The notes under the pieces are model-generated. The model did not search any database. It was not told where the DNA came from and was given only the letters and a program-made list of their open reading frames with translations. The position numbers and the translations under genes are program-made. Below, piece by piece: positions 30,254-40,018 of a stretch of 64,000 bases of DNA (position 1 is the first letter of the stretch; each line of letters begins with the position of its first letter). The stretch lies in the NCBI GenBank assembly GCA_965205015.1, contig OZ242029.1:1312001-1376000 (forward strand), given 5' to 3'. This DNA is from Candidatus Poribacteria bacterium. GTDB taxonomy: Bacteria > Poribacteria > WGA-4E > WGA-3G.

Positions 30254-32032
30254 ATGACACTGATATCCCTGTTAGAACATTCAATCCAGCACTACGGCAG
30301 TCAACCGGCATTGGCATACAAACCGAAAGGTGGCACCTATCAAGATATCTCTTACACTGAACTTGGCGAATCGGTGGACGCCTTTCGTAAAGGGTTAACT
30401 GCCTTAGGGGTGCAAAAGAACGATCGGGTCGCGCTTCTCTCTGAGAACCGTCCCGAATGGGCAATCACGGATTTTGGTAGCCTCAAAGCCGGTGCGGTAA
30501 CCGTACCGATGTTCTCAACGCTAACGGCGGCACAGGTCGGTTATATCCTAAAGGATTCGGGATCGAAAATTATCTGCGTCTCCACGGACAGGCAGTTGGA
30601 GAAGGTACTGGCTATCCGAGACGAAATGCCGACGCTTGAACAGATAATTGTCTTTGATCCGATTGAAGGTGAACTCCCAGCGGGCGTTATCCAATTTGAG
30701 GCAGTCTGTGAATTGGAAGGACAGGAAACAGAAACCGCCGCGAGTGAAGACGACATCGCAACGATTATCTACACTTCGGGAACGACGGGAGATCCGAAGG
30801 GTGTTATGCTGACCCATGCGAATTTCATTTCAAATTTGCAGGCGTGTAAATCGCTGATCGATGTCAGTGATGCAGACGTGCTGTTGTCGTTCCTGCCGTT
30901 ATCACATGTGTTTGAACGGCTCGGTGGGCATTATGTGCCGTTGTTCTCCGGTGCGAAGGTGGCTTATGCGGAGAGCACGTTCACGGTTGCACAGAATATG
31001 CGGGAGGTCGCTCCGACGGTGATGCTCAGTGTGCCGAGACTCTACGAAACCATGCATGACAGAATCCTGCGTGCCGTTCAAGAAGGCTCACCACTCAAAC
31101 AGAAGATTTTCCATTGGGGGGTCTCCGTCGGTTCATCCGTGAGTTCAGCGATTCAAAAAGGGAAAAAACCGTCTGCGATTTTGCAATTACAGCAGAACAT
31201 CGCCGATAAACTGGTCTTCGCGAAACTGAAAGCGGCAACGGGGGGTCGACTCCGCTTTTTCGTCTCTGGTGGTGCCGCATTACCCCAATCGATTGCCGAA
31301 TTTTTCCACGCCGCGGGGATACTGATTTTGGAGGGATACGGTCTAACGGAAACCTCACCCGTCATTAGCATGAACCATCCGGCACAATGGAAGTTTGGCA
31401 CTGTTGGCGTGCCTGTCCCCGGGGTGGAGGTGCACATTGCTGAAGATGGAGAGATTTTAACCCGCGGTCCACACGTTATGAAGGGCTACTTTAACAACGA
31501 ATCGGCGACTGCAGAGGTTATTGATGACGAGGGTTGGTTTCACACGGGCGACATCGGTATCATTGATGCGGATGGGTTCGTTAAGATTACCGATCGGAAG
31601 AAGAATATTATTGTGCTTTCCAACGGTAAGAACGTTGCCCCGCAACCGATAGAGAGCGCGTTGGTGCAAAGTCCGTTTATTGACCAGATTATGTTGGTGG
31701 GCAATGAACGGAAAAATCTCGCTGCACTGATCGTTCCGAATTTCGACGCACTCAAGGCGTGGGCAGCGGAGAATAACGTCGCGACGGGAAGGACGGACGG
31801 GGGGACCCCGCCCCTACATGAGGCGCGCGAGGTGCAACAACTGATTCAAGGTGAGATCCGGAGCGGTTTAACCGATTTCGCCGACTTTGAACAGGTACGA
31901 CGGTTCACGCTGCTCGACAAGGAATTTTCTCAAGAAGCGGATGAGATGACACCCACGCTGAAGTTGAAACGGAATGTTATTATGGAGCGATACGGAGATA
32001 GGATTGAGGAGATGTATCCTGAGGATTTTTAA
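30254..32032 (+). CDS. fadD: long-chain fatty-acid--CoA ligase
   Basis: IIYTSGTTGDPKG, LPLSHVFER, EGYGLTET and GWFHTGDIG...ITDRKK. Confidence 0.88.
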   Translation: MTLISLLEHSIQHYGSQPALAYKPKGGTYQDISYTELGESVDAFRKGLTALGVQKNDRVALLSENRPEWAITDFGSLKAGAVTVPMFSTLTAAQVGYILKDSGSKIICVSTDRQLEKVLAIRDEMPTLEQIIVFDPIEGELPAGVIQFEAVCELEGQETETAASEDDIATIIYTSGTTGDPKGVMLTHANFISNLQACKSLIDVSDADVLLSFLPLSHVFERLGGHYVPLFSGAKVAYAESTFTVAQNMREVAPTVMLSVPRLYETMHDRILRAVQEGSPLKQKIFHWGVSVGSSVSSAIQKGKKPSAILQLQQNIADKLVFAKLKAATGGRLRFFVSGGAALPQSIAEFFHAAGILILEGYGLTETSPVISMNHPAQWKFGTVGVPVPGVEVHIAEDGEILTRGPHVMKGYFNNESATAEVIDDEGWFHTGDIGIIDADGFVKITDRKKNIIVLSNGKNVAPQPIESALVQSPFIDQIMLVGNERKNLAALIVPNFDALKAWAAENNVATGRTDGGTPPLHEAREVQQLIQGEIRSGLTDFADFEQVRRFTLLDKEFSQEADEMTPTLKLKRNVIMERYGDRIEEMYPEDF

Positions 32033-32184
32033 TTTTTCCTTGCGGATACGTCATGGCATCTGTGGATTTAGCGGTTTCTGTGTTCGAGCCGCCCTCCATT
32101 ACATTACGGACTACGGTTTTGAAAAAGAAAACCAAGAATCGGAGTCCTAATTTTTCCTTGCGGATACGTCATGGTATCTTCTGC

Positions 32185-33198
32185 TTAGGGTGCCATTACC
32201 GCAAGTCCATGCTTGATGATCTCGATTGTGGCGGGGGTCTCACACATCGGTTCGCCATCGGCATATAACAGTAGAGGGGTGTCAGTCTCAATCGTTAAAG
32301 TGCGGGTCTGGTGCATGGAGACAGCAGGATGCGACACATGTCCTCCCCAGAAGAGTGTTACCAGTAGCCGTAGCACCGTTAGAGAGGAGACTGGGTGGAT
32401 AATACAGACATCGAAAAGTCCATCGTCGATGCGGGCGTTCGGCACAATCTGAAATCCACCCCCATATCGACTTGTGATGCCTGTCGCAGCGAGGAGGAGC
32501 GGTCCCTCGTGAACACCGAAGTCGCCTTCAAGACGGACGAACGGCGGCTCGTAATAGAAAAGTGTCTCTACGGCTGCGTAAGCATAGGAGGCAGTGCCTG
32601 CAAATAGGGGGGTTCCCTTCGCTGCACGGCGGCTCACTTCCGTATCGTACCCGCAGGTGGCGATGGTGGTGAAGTAGCAATCAGCCATCGGCTTTCGGCT
32701 TTCAGCATTTGGTTGGAAGGTTGGAAGGTTGGAAGGTTCGGAGGCATCCATTCTTCCATTCTTCCATTCTTCCATCCCCCCTTGCTGACTGCTGACTGTC
32801 GACTGCTGACAGCTATTATAGCAGCGTCCTAAATCCACACGGATAGGGGTGCCGGATAAGAGGGTTGCGATTGCGGCTTCAGGTTTCAGGGGCACGCCGA
32901 TCGCCGCCGCAAAATCGTTGCCACGCCCGCATGGAAGGACCCCTAAGGTTACATCTGGAACCGTGGCGATGCCGTTGACGACTTCGTGGAGCGTTCCATC
33001 GCCCCCGCACGCAATCACGGATCGAATTCCATCAGAGACGGCTTCCTGTGCGAAACGTTTGGCATCGCCGGATGCCGAAGTGAAGGTCAATTGTCCCTGA
33101 GCCCCGGATTCGGTAAGCGCAGCATAAGCCTGTTCAGCAACCTTTTTCGCGTGTCCCTTACCGGAAATAGGGTTTGCGATGAGGATAAAATCGTTCAT
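32185..33198 (-). CDS. diacylglycerol-kinase-family lipid kinase (YegS/DgkB-like) with a ~45-aa repeat-derived insertion
   Basis: NPISG, GGDGT, GRGNDFA, DDGLFD and ADGE motifs. Confidence 0.9.
   Translation of the reverse strand: MNDFILIANPISGKGHAKKVAEQAYAALTESGAQGQLTFTSASGDAKRFAQEAVSDGIRSVIACGGDGTLHEVVNGIATVPDVTLGVLPCGRGNDFAAAIGVPLKPEAAIATLLSGTPIRVDLGRCYNSCQQSTVSSQQGGMEEWKNGRMDASEPSNLPTFQPNAESRKPMADCYFTTIATCGYDTEVSRRAAKGTPLFAGTASYAYAAVETLFYYEPPFVRLEGDFGVHEGPLLLAATGITSRYGGGFQIVPNARIDDGLFDVCIIHPVSSLTVLRLLVTLFWGGHVSHPAVSMHQTRTLTIETDTPLLLYADGEPMCETPATIEIIKHGLAVMAP
32677..32820. repeat. nested heptamer/octamer palindromic element inside a CDS
   Basis: Outer heptamer arms (GCTTTCG/GCCATCG versus CTGACTG) enclose inner octamer arms (GGAAGGTT x3 versus TTCCATTC x3). 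Confidence 0.8.
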
Positions 33199-36100
33199 TT
33201 ATTTAATTACCGCGATTTTGCCGATCCGTTTTTCGGTATTAAATTCGAGGAGATAGATATAGATACCGGTTGATACATCTGCGGTGTTATTGCTCGTAAG
33301 CCACCACTCCTTGCGGTTGTGATCCTGATCGGTCACCTCCAATGTTTCAAGCAACTCACCCCCTGCGGTAAAGAGTTGGATGCGTGTGCCGACAGGCAAC
33401 CTATCGAAAGTGATCGCCCCTTTGTCAGCGACGTTGGGACGCACCGGATTTGGATAGACCCGCACCTGCGTCAAGTCAGACACTGCTGTTCCGATAACGT
33501 CGAGTGGTATTTTAAGGGGTTGTGTAGAAGCCCGGATAGGATTCTCATCAATATCAACCACATTGGAGACGGTAATCTCATACTGATCGGTTGTATCATT
33601 GAGCGATTGCCCGAAGTGCTCAAGGAGACTGCCTGTATCAAATGCCAAGAGTGCGCGTGTGCCCATCCGGTCCCGGATAGCAGACACCGGACTCACACCC
33701 CCAATCCGTTTCTCGGCTCTTAAAACATACCGGTTCTCGTCCCCAATCACGGGATCCATCCGCCGATCGAAGGTAACGAGGACCCAGAAATTTCCACCCA
33801 TAGAAGAATGGCGGTCAGGCAAGAGATTCTCTTGCTGCCCGCTGTCCGCTGCCCGCTGACTGCTATCACTCCCAGGACGGTGATAGGTCGCCCCAATCAG
33901 CTGCGGGGGTTCTCGCGGTGTCGCGGAAACGGGTTCGGTGCGGTCGGTCTCGTTCCCGTTTTCATCCTTCGTCGTGATAGCGTACCAGTAGGTATTATCC
34001 TTCGTAACACGCCTATCAAGGAACCTTGTAACGGTGAGGTTTTCTATCACCTTTTCATAAGCACCAGAGGCGGGTGCTTCCTTCTTTTCGCCTTGTGCGC
34101 GGTAGACAGTAAAGTAGCGCGTCTGACCCGACTGTTCTGCATCTGTTTCGTCGTTCTCCTCAGCATCCCACGTAACGTGAACCGTTTTCTGTGTCAGTGG
34201 TTTCGCTTCAACATTCCACGGCTTAAGCGCATCAACGGCATTCGGGTCGGTTGCAAAGATAGATTCAAAGCGGTACATACCATCTTCAAGGTTAACGTAA
34301 AACTCGCTGAACCCATTTTGATTGAGTTCCGCGGTAAGAAGGGCAGGGGTTTCCGCCATCTTTCGGTGCCAGAGGGGTAACATCGCAGCACCATCCCACC
34401 GCATCACGTAGAGATTCGGATACGCAGCGATGACCAATCTATTTTGACCCTTACCTTCCAAGTCTGCGATAGCGAGACTATTCCCGTTTCGTCGGTGCGG
34501 TGCGATCGCGACAGACGCATGACGCGTCCCTTCTGAAAGCACAGCGTAGCCGTTTAGCGTGTGCGTGAAGACAAAAAACTTCCAGATGCGCGGTCCCGAG
34601 GGGATATCCGGTAGCGATAGTAACCCCCCAACAACAAACTCAGGTAAACCATCACCGGTGAGATCTCCAGTAGCGAGTTGCGTGATGTCCTTAAGCGGAA
34701 GTTGTGTCTGCCATTCAAGTCGGACGGTGTTGCGGATAGAGGTAGATTCATAAACGAAAAGATCTCCTTCGCTATCCGCCGCTACCAGTTCCATACTTCC
34801 ATCAGCATCAAAATCGTTAATAGCGAAGCGTTGCGCGAAGACATTAGAGCCAGCGGATTCGTTAACCAATACAGTCCTCTCGACATAAGTGCTTGTGGGC
34901 GTGTCATATTCAAAGATGAGAAGCCGGTCATTGTTGTTATCCGCCCCGATAATTTCCTTTTGCCCATCACCATCCAAATCAGCGACTGTGCCACCGGAGA
35001 GAAACGGGGTTTCCCAGATGATACGGTTCGGATACCCTCGCGGTTCAAGGCTCTCAATGAGGAAGGTCCTTGCATCGTCGGTAGCCAGTATTTCGAGCAA
35101 ACCGTCGTTATCGGTGTCATCTACTGTCCATGTAACGAACTTCTCGAGATTAGAGAGTCCGTCTACACTCTCAAGCGTATGTGCCAGTTCATATCTTCCG
35201 CTGGGCAGCCGTTCATAGACGACAAGGATCGCAGCCGCCACCTCGGTGTCAAGCGTTTCCGAGGACAACGGACTTCCGACGATTTCAAGCTGACCGTCTC
35301 TGTCGAAGTCTGCGGTGCCGCTGGCGATGTGGAGTGGTGGAATATTGAGAGATTTTTCAGTGAATCCGCTGGGCGAGATATAACCAGCCACGATGTCAGT
35401 GGTGTAAAATGCGCCGCCGTTATCCTCTCTCGTCTTGAGATTTGTGGTATTCTCTGCTTCAACAAAGAACTGATACGTTCCGCGCGCCAAACCTAAAAAC
35501 AGGGAATGCTCTACCCCGAGATCGGTTGTCTCAACAGGCGCAAAAGGGGCGAGACTCCCTTTTCGGCGGTAATAGAGTGTATTCTGGGTAACATCATCCG
35601 TTGCCCATGTAAAAACCGTAACGGGTTGCTCGCCGTAAAGTGTATCCGTTGCGGTAAGGGAGATAATTTGAGGAGGTGTCCGATCTACACTCAACACGAC
35701 CTGGTCGTGGACCTGTTGTCCATCCGTAGCTGCCGCCGTTAGACGGACGGTATAAATCCCCTCTGGAACGGTTGTGGTATCCCAAACAGTCAACGTTTCA
35801 CCGATTTTCTGTGTGCTGGAAGATTGTGTGAACGGCGTAAATTCGGTTGGGACTGTAGATGCGCCATAACTGAGTTGCCAAGAGCGGAACTTATAACCCC
35901 CTGCGGTTCCGAAGATGGTAATCGAATCGGCGCCACCGCTATTGGTTTCAGGTGCGAGGATACGTGCCTGTAACGCCCCGCTTGCGAGGAGTGCGCGTTC
36001 GGCATTGACGGTTCCTGCCCCAACAAATCTCTCATCCAATACCTCGCTCTCTTCTTGGTAAACAGGATCAGCAGTGCTGATGAGTATGTGTCGCACCTCT

Positions 36101-37371
36101 TCATGCGTCAGCGCGGGACGTTTGGCGAGTAGCAGTGCTGCAACCCCCGCCACGTGTGGCGATGCCATTGATGTCCCAGTGAGGAGCCGATATTGGTTAT
36201 TAATCTGTGTGCTGAGGATGACGTTACCGGGCGCCCCGATGTCTATAGATGCCCCGAAATTAGACTGGTAGAACCGCTGCTGATTCTGCTCAGTAGATGC
36301 GACAGCGATGACCTTCCGATAGGCGGCGGGGAAGATTGCGGTAGGCTTTTGAGAATTTCCAGCGGCGGCGACCAAGACGGCACCTCGCGTATACGCATAA
36401 TCGATTGCGTCCTGAATAACGAAAGAGCGGCGCTCACTGCCCCAACTCATGTTGACGACGTTTGCACCATTGTCAACGGCATAGACAATCGCTGCGGCGG
36501 AGTCATCATCCTGTAGCCGAGAACCGCCACCGAGCGAGAGTCCTGCGCGTATTGCCATGATCGGACACTCCCACGCGACACCTGCGATCCCGATCCCGTT
36601 ATCAGGCATAGCACCAGCGATCCCCGCGACGTGCGTGCCGTGTCCACTTTCATCAATCGGCTCGTTATCGCCTTCAAGGTAATCGCCCTCTGCTTGCAAA
36701 TTAGGTGCGTCGGTAAAATCCCACCCATAGACATCATCGACGTAACCGTTGCCATCGTCATCCAATCCGTTCTCAGGGATCTCGCCCGGATGTATCCACG
36801 CCTTGGGTGCCAGATCATCGTGTTTGTAGTCGATCCCGGAATCAATAACGGCAATGACAACGTTCCTGTCGCCCTTTTCGATTGCCCACGCCTGTGGCAA
36901 CTTCATCAGTGGTAGGTTCCACTGCTCAGGATACATCGGATCGTTGGGAACGACCGGATCCGCGAGTGTGGGACGGAGGTAGTTATACTCGACAGCCTCA
37001 ACGAGTGGACTCTGTTCATAGACAGCCCTGAGATTCTCCAGTGGTGCGTCAGGGGCAAATCGTAACAGATAGATACGTTTCAGGTTCGGATTCAGTGATG
37101 GACGCGCGATGTAGGGAAACAGTGGGTGTAAGGACTCAACCTTATGCTGGACGTGCAAGATGGAGATAGGTGCGTTCGCCTGCAACCGTTCAAGATCCGA
37201 GGCGGCATTCGGTGTCAAACGGATGAGCAGCTCACCGGGGGTTACTTCAGAAACGATGGGGGAAGCGATGTCGGCGAAAGGCAAGTTCTCCGCTTTCATC
37301 TGAGAGAATTCGGAGCAGATTGCCATTGCTAAAAGGAGGATGGTTATTGATAAGACCTTACAGTGTTTCAT
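33199..37371 (-). CDS. secreted S8 subtilase with FG-GAP repeats, Ig/FN3-like domains and a T9SS/FlgD-like C-terminal domain
   Basis: AVIDSGID, HGTHVAG and GTSMASPHVAG triad; DxDGDG repeats; VYPNP...GIYIY...GKIAVIK. Confidence 0.92.
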   Translation of the reverse strand: MKHCKVLSITILLLAMAICSEFSQMKAENLPFADIASPIVSEVTPGELLIRLTPNAASDLERLQANAPISILHVQHKVESLHPLFPYIARPSLNPNLKRIYLLRFAPDAPLENLRAVYEQSPLVEAVEYNYLRPTLADPVVPNDPMYPEQWNLPLMKLPQAWAIEKGDRNVVIAVIDSGIDYKHDDLAPKAWIHPGEIPENGLDDDGNGYVDDVYGWDFTDAPNLQAEGDYLEGDNEPIDESGHGTHVAGIAGAMPDNGIGIAGVAWECPIMAIRAGLSLGGGSRLQDDDSAAAIVYAVDNGANVVNMSWGSERRSFVIQDAIDYAYTRGAVLVAAAGNSQKPTAIFPAAYRKVIAVASTEQNQQRFYQSNFGASIDIGAPGNVILSTQINNQYRLLTGTSMASPHVAGVAALLLAKRPALTHEEVRHILISTADPVYQEESEVLDERFVGAGTVNAERALLASGALQARILAPETNSGGADSITIFGTAGGYKFRSWQLSYGASTVPTEFTPFTQSSSTQKIGETLTVWDTTTVPEGIYTVRLTAAATDGQQVHDQVVLSVDRTPPQIISLTATDTLYGEQPVTVFTWATDDVTQNTLYYRRKGSLAPFAPVETTDLGVEHSLFLGLARGTYQFFVEAENTTNLKTREDNGGAFYTTDIVAGYISPSGFTEKSLNIPPLHIASGTADFDRDGQLEIVGSPLSSETLDTEVAAAILVVYERLPSGRYELAHTLESVDGLSNLEKFVTWTVDDTDNDGLLEILATDDARTFLIESLEPRGYPNRIIWETPFLSGGTVADLDGDGQKEIIGADNNNDRLLIFEYDTPTSTYVERTVLVNESAGSNVFAQRFAINDFDADGSMELVAADSEGDLFVYESTSIRNTVRLEWQTQLPLKDITQLATGDLTGDGLPEFVVGGLLSLPDIPSGPRIWKFFVFTHTLNGYAVLSEGTRHASVAIAPHRRNGNSLAIADLEGKGQNRLVIAAYPNLYVMRWDGAAMLPLWHRKMAETPALLTAELNQNGFSEFYVNLEDGMYRFESIFATDPNAVDALKPWNVEAKPLTQKTVHVTWDAEENDETDAEQSGQTRYFTVYRAQGEKKEAPASGAYEKVIENLTVTRFLDRRVTKDNTYWYAITTKDENGNETDRTEPVSATPREPPQLIGATYHRPGSDSSQRAADSGQQENLLPDRHSSMGGNFWVLVTFDRRMDPVIGDENRYVLRAEKRIGGVSPVSAIRDRMGTRALLAFDTGSLLEHFGQSLNDTTDQYEITVSNVVDIDENPIRASTQPLKIPLDVIGTAVSDLTQVRVYPNPVRPNVADKGAITFDRLPVGTRIQLFTAGGELLETLEVTDQDHNRKEWWLTSNNTADVSTGIYIYLLEFNTEKRIGKIAVIK

Positions 37372-37472
37372 GATGGATGGCTATCGGTTATCAGTTATCA
37401 GTCTTCAGTTAAAAGAGGGATACGAGCGTATGGACACCTTTATATTAGCATATCACCGAAGAAAAAAACAGC

Positions 37473-37510
37473 AAAAGCCTTGCCGTCAGCGTGGAACTGA
37501 TGACAAGGCT
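37473..37510 (-). terminator. intrinsic terminator after the ABC substrate-binding gene
   Basis: AGCCTTGTCATCAG/CTGACGGCAAGGCT stem followed by TTT on the minus strand. Confidence 0.6.
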
Positions 37511-37536
37511 CTGGTTATATCTATCCAATGATGAGG

Positions 37537-39789
37537 TTATTCAAAGGACTGAAGTGTTCCGTCCTTGACGATAAGAACAATCGGGTCATACACCGACTCG
37601 CCATTGGGATCGAAAGAGAAATCGCCTAAAATCGTCGGAAAATCCATCGTCTGTGCCAATGCATCTCGGATCATGGCTGGATCTGTCGATCGGGCGTTCT
37701 TGATTGCCTCGGCGAGAATGTAGAGGGTTGCATACGACTGCGCCGCCCATGCGTCAGGCGCCATCCCGTATTCCGCCTGATAATGTTGGACGAAGGCTTG
37801 GTTACCGGGTGTGTTAGACATACCATCCCAACTAATAAAAGTTATCGCACCTTCGGCGGCAGCACCTGCAGTTTGTACCTCGCTTATACTCAAATCAGGA
37901 ACAATAAAATGAACAGTATCGGGGATACCGAGTTTGCGTCCTTGAATGATAACCTCTGTAATCTCCGCTGCAAATCCAGAGATAAAGAGCGCGTCAATCT
38001 CCAACTTCATGATATTGGTCAGTTGCGCAGAAAAATCGGTATCGCCCTTTTGGAAGGTTTCTATCCCTACAATCTCGACACCGTTGGTTTCGAGCGCTGC
38101 CTTCGCTTGTTCATAACTACTTGTAGAGTAGGCACCATCATCATCATATATCAACGCCGCTTTTTTATAGCCGAGTTTCTCCTGAGTCGCCATCACGCCC
38201 GCAGGTATCAGCCTATCTGTGGCGGGACCGGTGCGGAAAAGAAAATCTCCGAGTGCGCTCAAACCCGCTTCGGCGGAGAGTGAACTAAAAACGACCACTC
38301 CACTCTCGTGTGCAATTGGATAAGATTCCCTCAACTCAGCGGAGCTTGCGAATCCGATGATGGCAGGGACCCCTTGATCCACCAACGTTTGCACGGCAGC
38401 CATCGATCCCTCTACTGTGGTTTGACTGTCCTCGGTCTTGAAGGTGAGATGCATGCTGGGTGGCAGGGTCATGTTAATTTCTTCTCGTGCCAACTCAAAT
38501 CCATTTTGCATTGCCATTCCATACGGTCCAGCGTTACCGCCTGTTAGAGGTACGACAACACCAATGGGAATCCCTGTATCCATCATCTCAGGTGCTGCCG
38601 CTTCAAAGGCTTGAAGTTCCCCGTCCTTGACCATCAGGACAATCATATCATAGACCGCTTCGCCGTTGGGATCAAACGAGAAATTGCCCAAAACTGTGGG
38701 AAAATCCTTCGTCTGTGCTAATGCGTCACGAATCGCAGCGGGATCTGTCGATTGCGCGTTTGCGATGGCGTTGGCGAGAATATAGAGACTCGCATACGCC
38801 TGTGCTGCCCAAGGTTCAGGCTCCATCCCATATTTTGCCTGATAATTCTGGACGAAGGCTTGATTTCCGGGGGTATCAACCATACTTGTCCAACCGAGAG
38901 CCGTTATCACGCCATCGGCGGCAGCTCCTGCTTTTTGTATCTCGGCTGCGCTGAGTTCAGCGACAATCACATGCGTAGAATCAGGAATACCGAGTTCGCG
39001 TCCTTGCATGAGGATCGAGGGTGTTTGTGTTGCAAGCGCAGAGACAAAGAGGGCATCAGGTGCGAGCTTCATTATATTCGTGAGCTGCGTAGAAAAATCG
39101 GTGTCGCCTTTTTGGACGGTTTCCTGTGCCAGAATCTCGACCCCCGCTGCTTCTAAGGCTTTCACGACTTCCTCGTTGCTGCTGGTGGAGTAAGGATCAG
39201 AGGCATCATAGATGGTTGCCACTTTTGTATAACCAAGTTTCTCGTGAGTCGCCATCACCGTTCCCGGCATGATGACATTTGTGGCGAGCCCCGCGCGGAA
39301 GACATAATCCCCAACAATGCCACTTAAACCTGCCTTGGAGGAAATCGGACTAAAAGCGACGACTCCACTCTTTTGTGCGATTGGGAAAGCCTGTTCGAGA
39401 TGTCCTGAGATACCGATCCCAACGATGGCAGGGACCCCTTGATCCACCAATTGCTGGACAGCGGCAACTCCGCCCTCTGCGGTGCTCTGAGCGTCCACCT
39501 CGACGAACATGATGTTTCCATGGTCGTGCGTCATGATGTTCTCATGGCCGTGCATATTAATCTCTTCTCGTGCCAAGTCAAGACCACGTTTCATTGGAAG
39601 CCCATAAGGCTCGGCGTATTCCCCTGTCAACGCCACGGCGATGCCGATGGGAATCGTTCCCTCCATCATTTCAGGCATTTCCGTTTTGGCGTCAGGCATC
39701 ATTTGCGCCGCCTTTTCGCAACCGGAAAGCCCGACAACTAAGGCAACAATTGCGAATACAAACGCGAAGGTTGCAATTTTCTGATACAT
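37537..39789 (-). CDS. lipoprotein with two tandem branched-chain amino-acid-type (LivJ-like) substrate-binding domains
   Basis: Lipobox LSGC; two copies of IPIG...LTG...GDTDFSxQLT...LGxFSFDPNGE. Confidence 0.88.
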   Translation of the reverse strand: MYQKIATFAFVFAIVALVVGLSGCEKAAQMMPDAKTEMPEMMEGTIPIGIAVALTGEYAEPYGLPMKRGLDLAREEINMHGHENIMTHDHGNIMFVEVDAQSTAEGGVAAVQQLVDQGVPAIVGIGISGHLEQAFPIAQKSGVVAFSPISSKAGLSGIVGDYVFRAGLATNVIMPGTVMATHEKLGYTKVATIYDASDPYSTSSNEEVVKALEAAGVEILAQETVQKGDTDFSTQLTNIMKLAPDALFVSALATQTPSILMQGRELGIPDSTHVIVAELSAAEIQKAGAAADGVITALGWTSMVDTPGNQAFVQNYQAKYGMEPEPWAAQAYASLYILANAIANAQSTDPAAIRDALAQTKDFPTVLGNFSFDPNGEAVYDMIVLMVKDGELQAFEAAAPEMMDTGIPIGVVVPLTGGNAGPYGMAMQNGFELAREEINMTLPPSMHLTFKTEDSQTTVEGSMAAVQTLVDQGVPAIIGFASSAELRESYPIAHESGVVVFSSLSAEAGLSALGDFLFRTGPATDRLIPAGVMATQEKLGYKKAALIYDDDGAYSTSSYEQAKAALETNGVEIVGIETFQKGDTDFSAQLTNIMKLEIDALFISGFAAEITEVIIQGRKLGIPDTVHFIVPDLSISEVQTAGAAAEGAITFISWDGMSNTPGNQAFVQHYQAEYGMAPDAWAAQSYATLYILAEAIKNARSTDPAMIRDALAQTMDFPTILGDFSFDPNGESVYDPIVLIVKDGTLQSFE

Positions 39790-39980
39790 GCTAAATCTCC
39801 TTTATTTCAAATGAAAATTCGGGCGGGGCACACCAAAAACGCCACCGCCTTCAACCAGATTCATTGTTGTCAGAGAGAACAAATTTTGTATTAAGCCCAT
39901 ATTGATGATACCCACAAAACCACTTTGCGGATCCATCACTCTCAGACAACGTTCTGGTGTGAAAAAATTAATCGTTGCCC

Positions 39981-40009
39981 ATTATTTCATAGTTAGCAAC
40001 TATTGTCAA
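39981..40009 (-). promoter_or_regulatory. promoter with a palindrome in the spacer
   Basis: TTGACA-17-AATAAT; spacer contains ATAGTT-GCT-AACTAT. Confidence 0.5.
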
Positions 40010-40018
40010 TTAAAAAAT

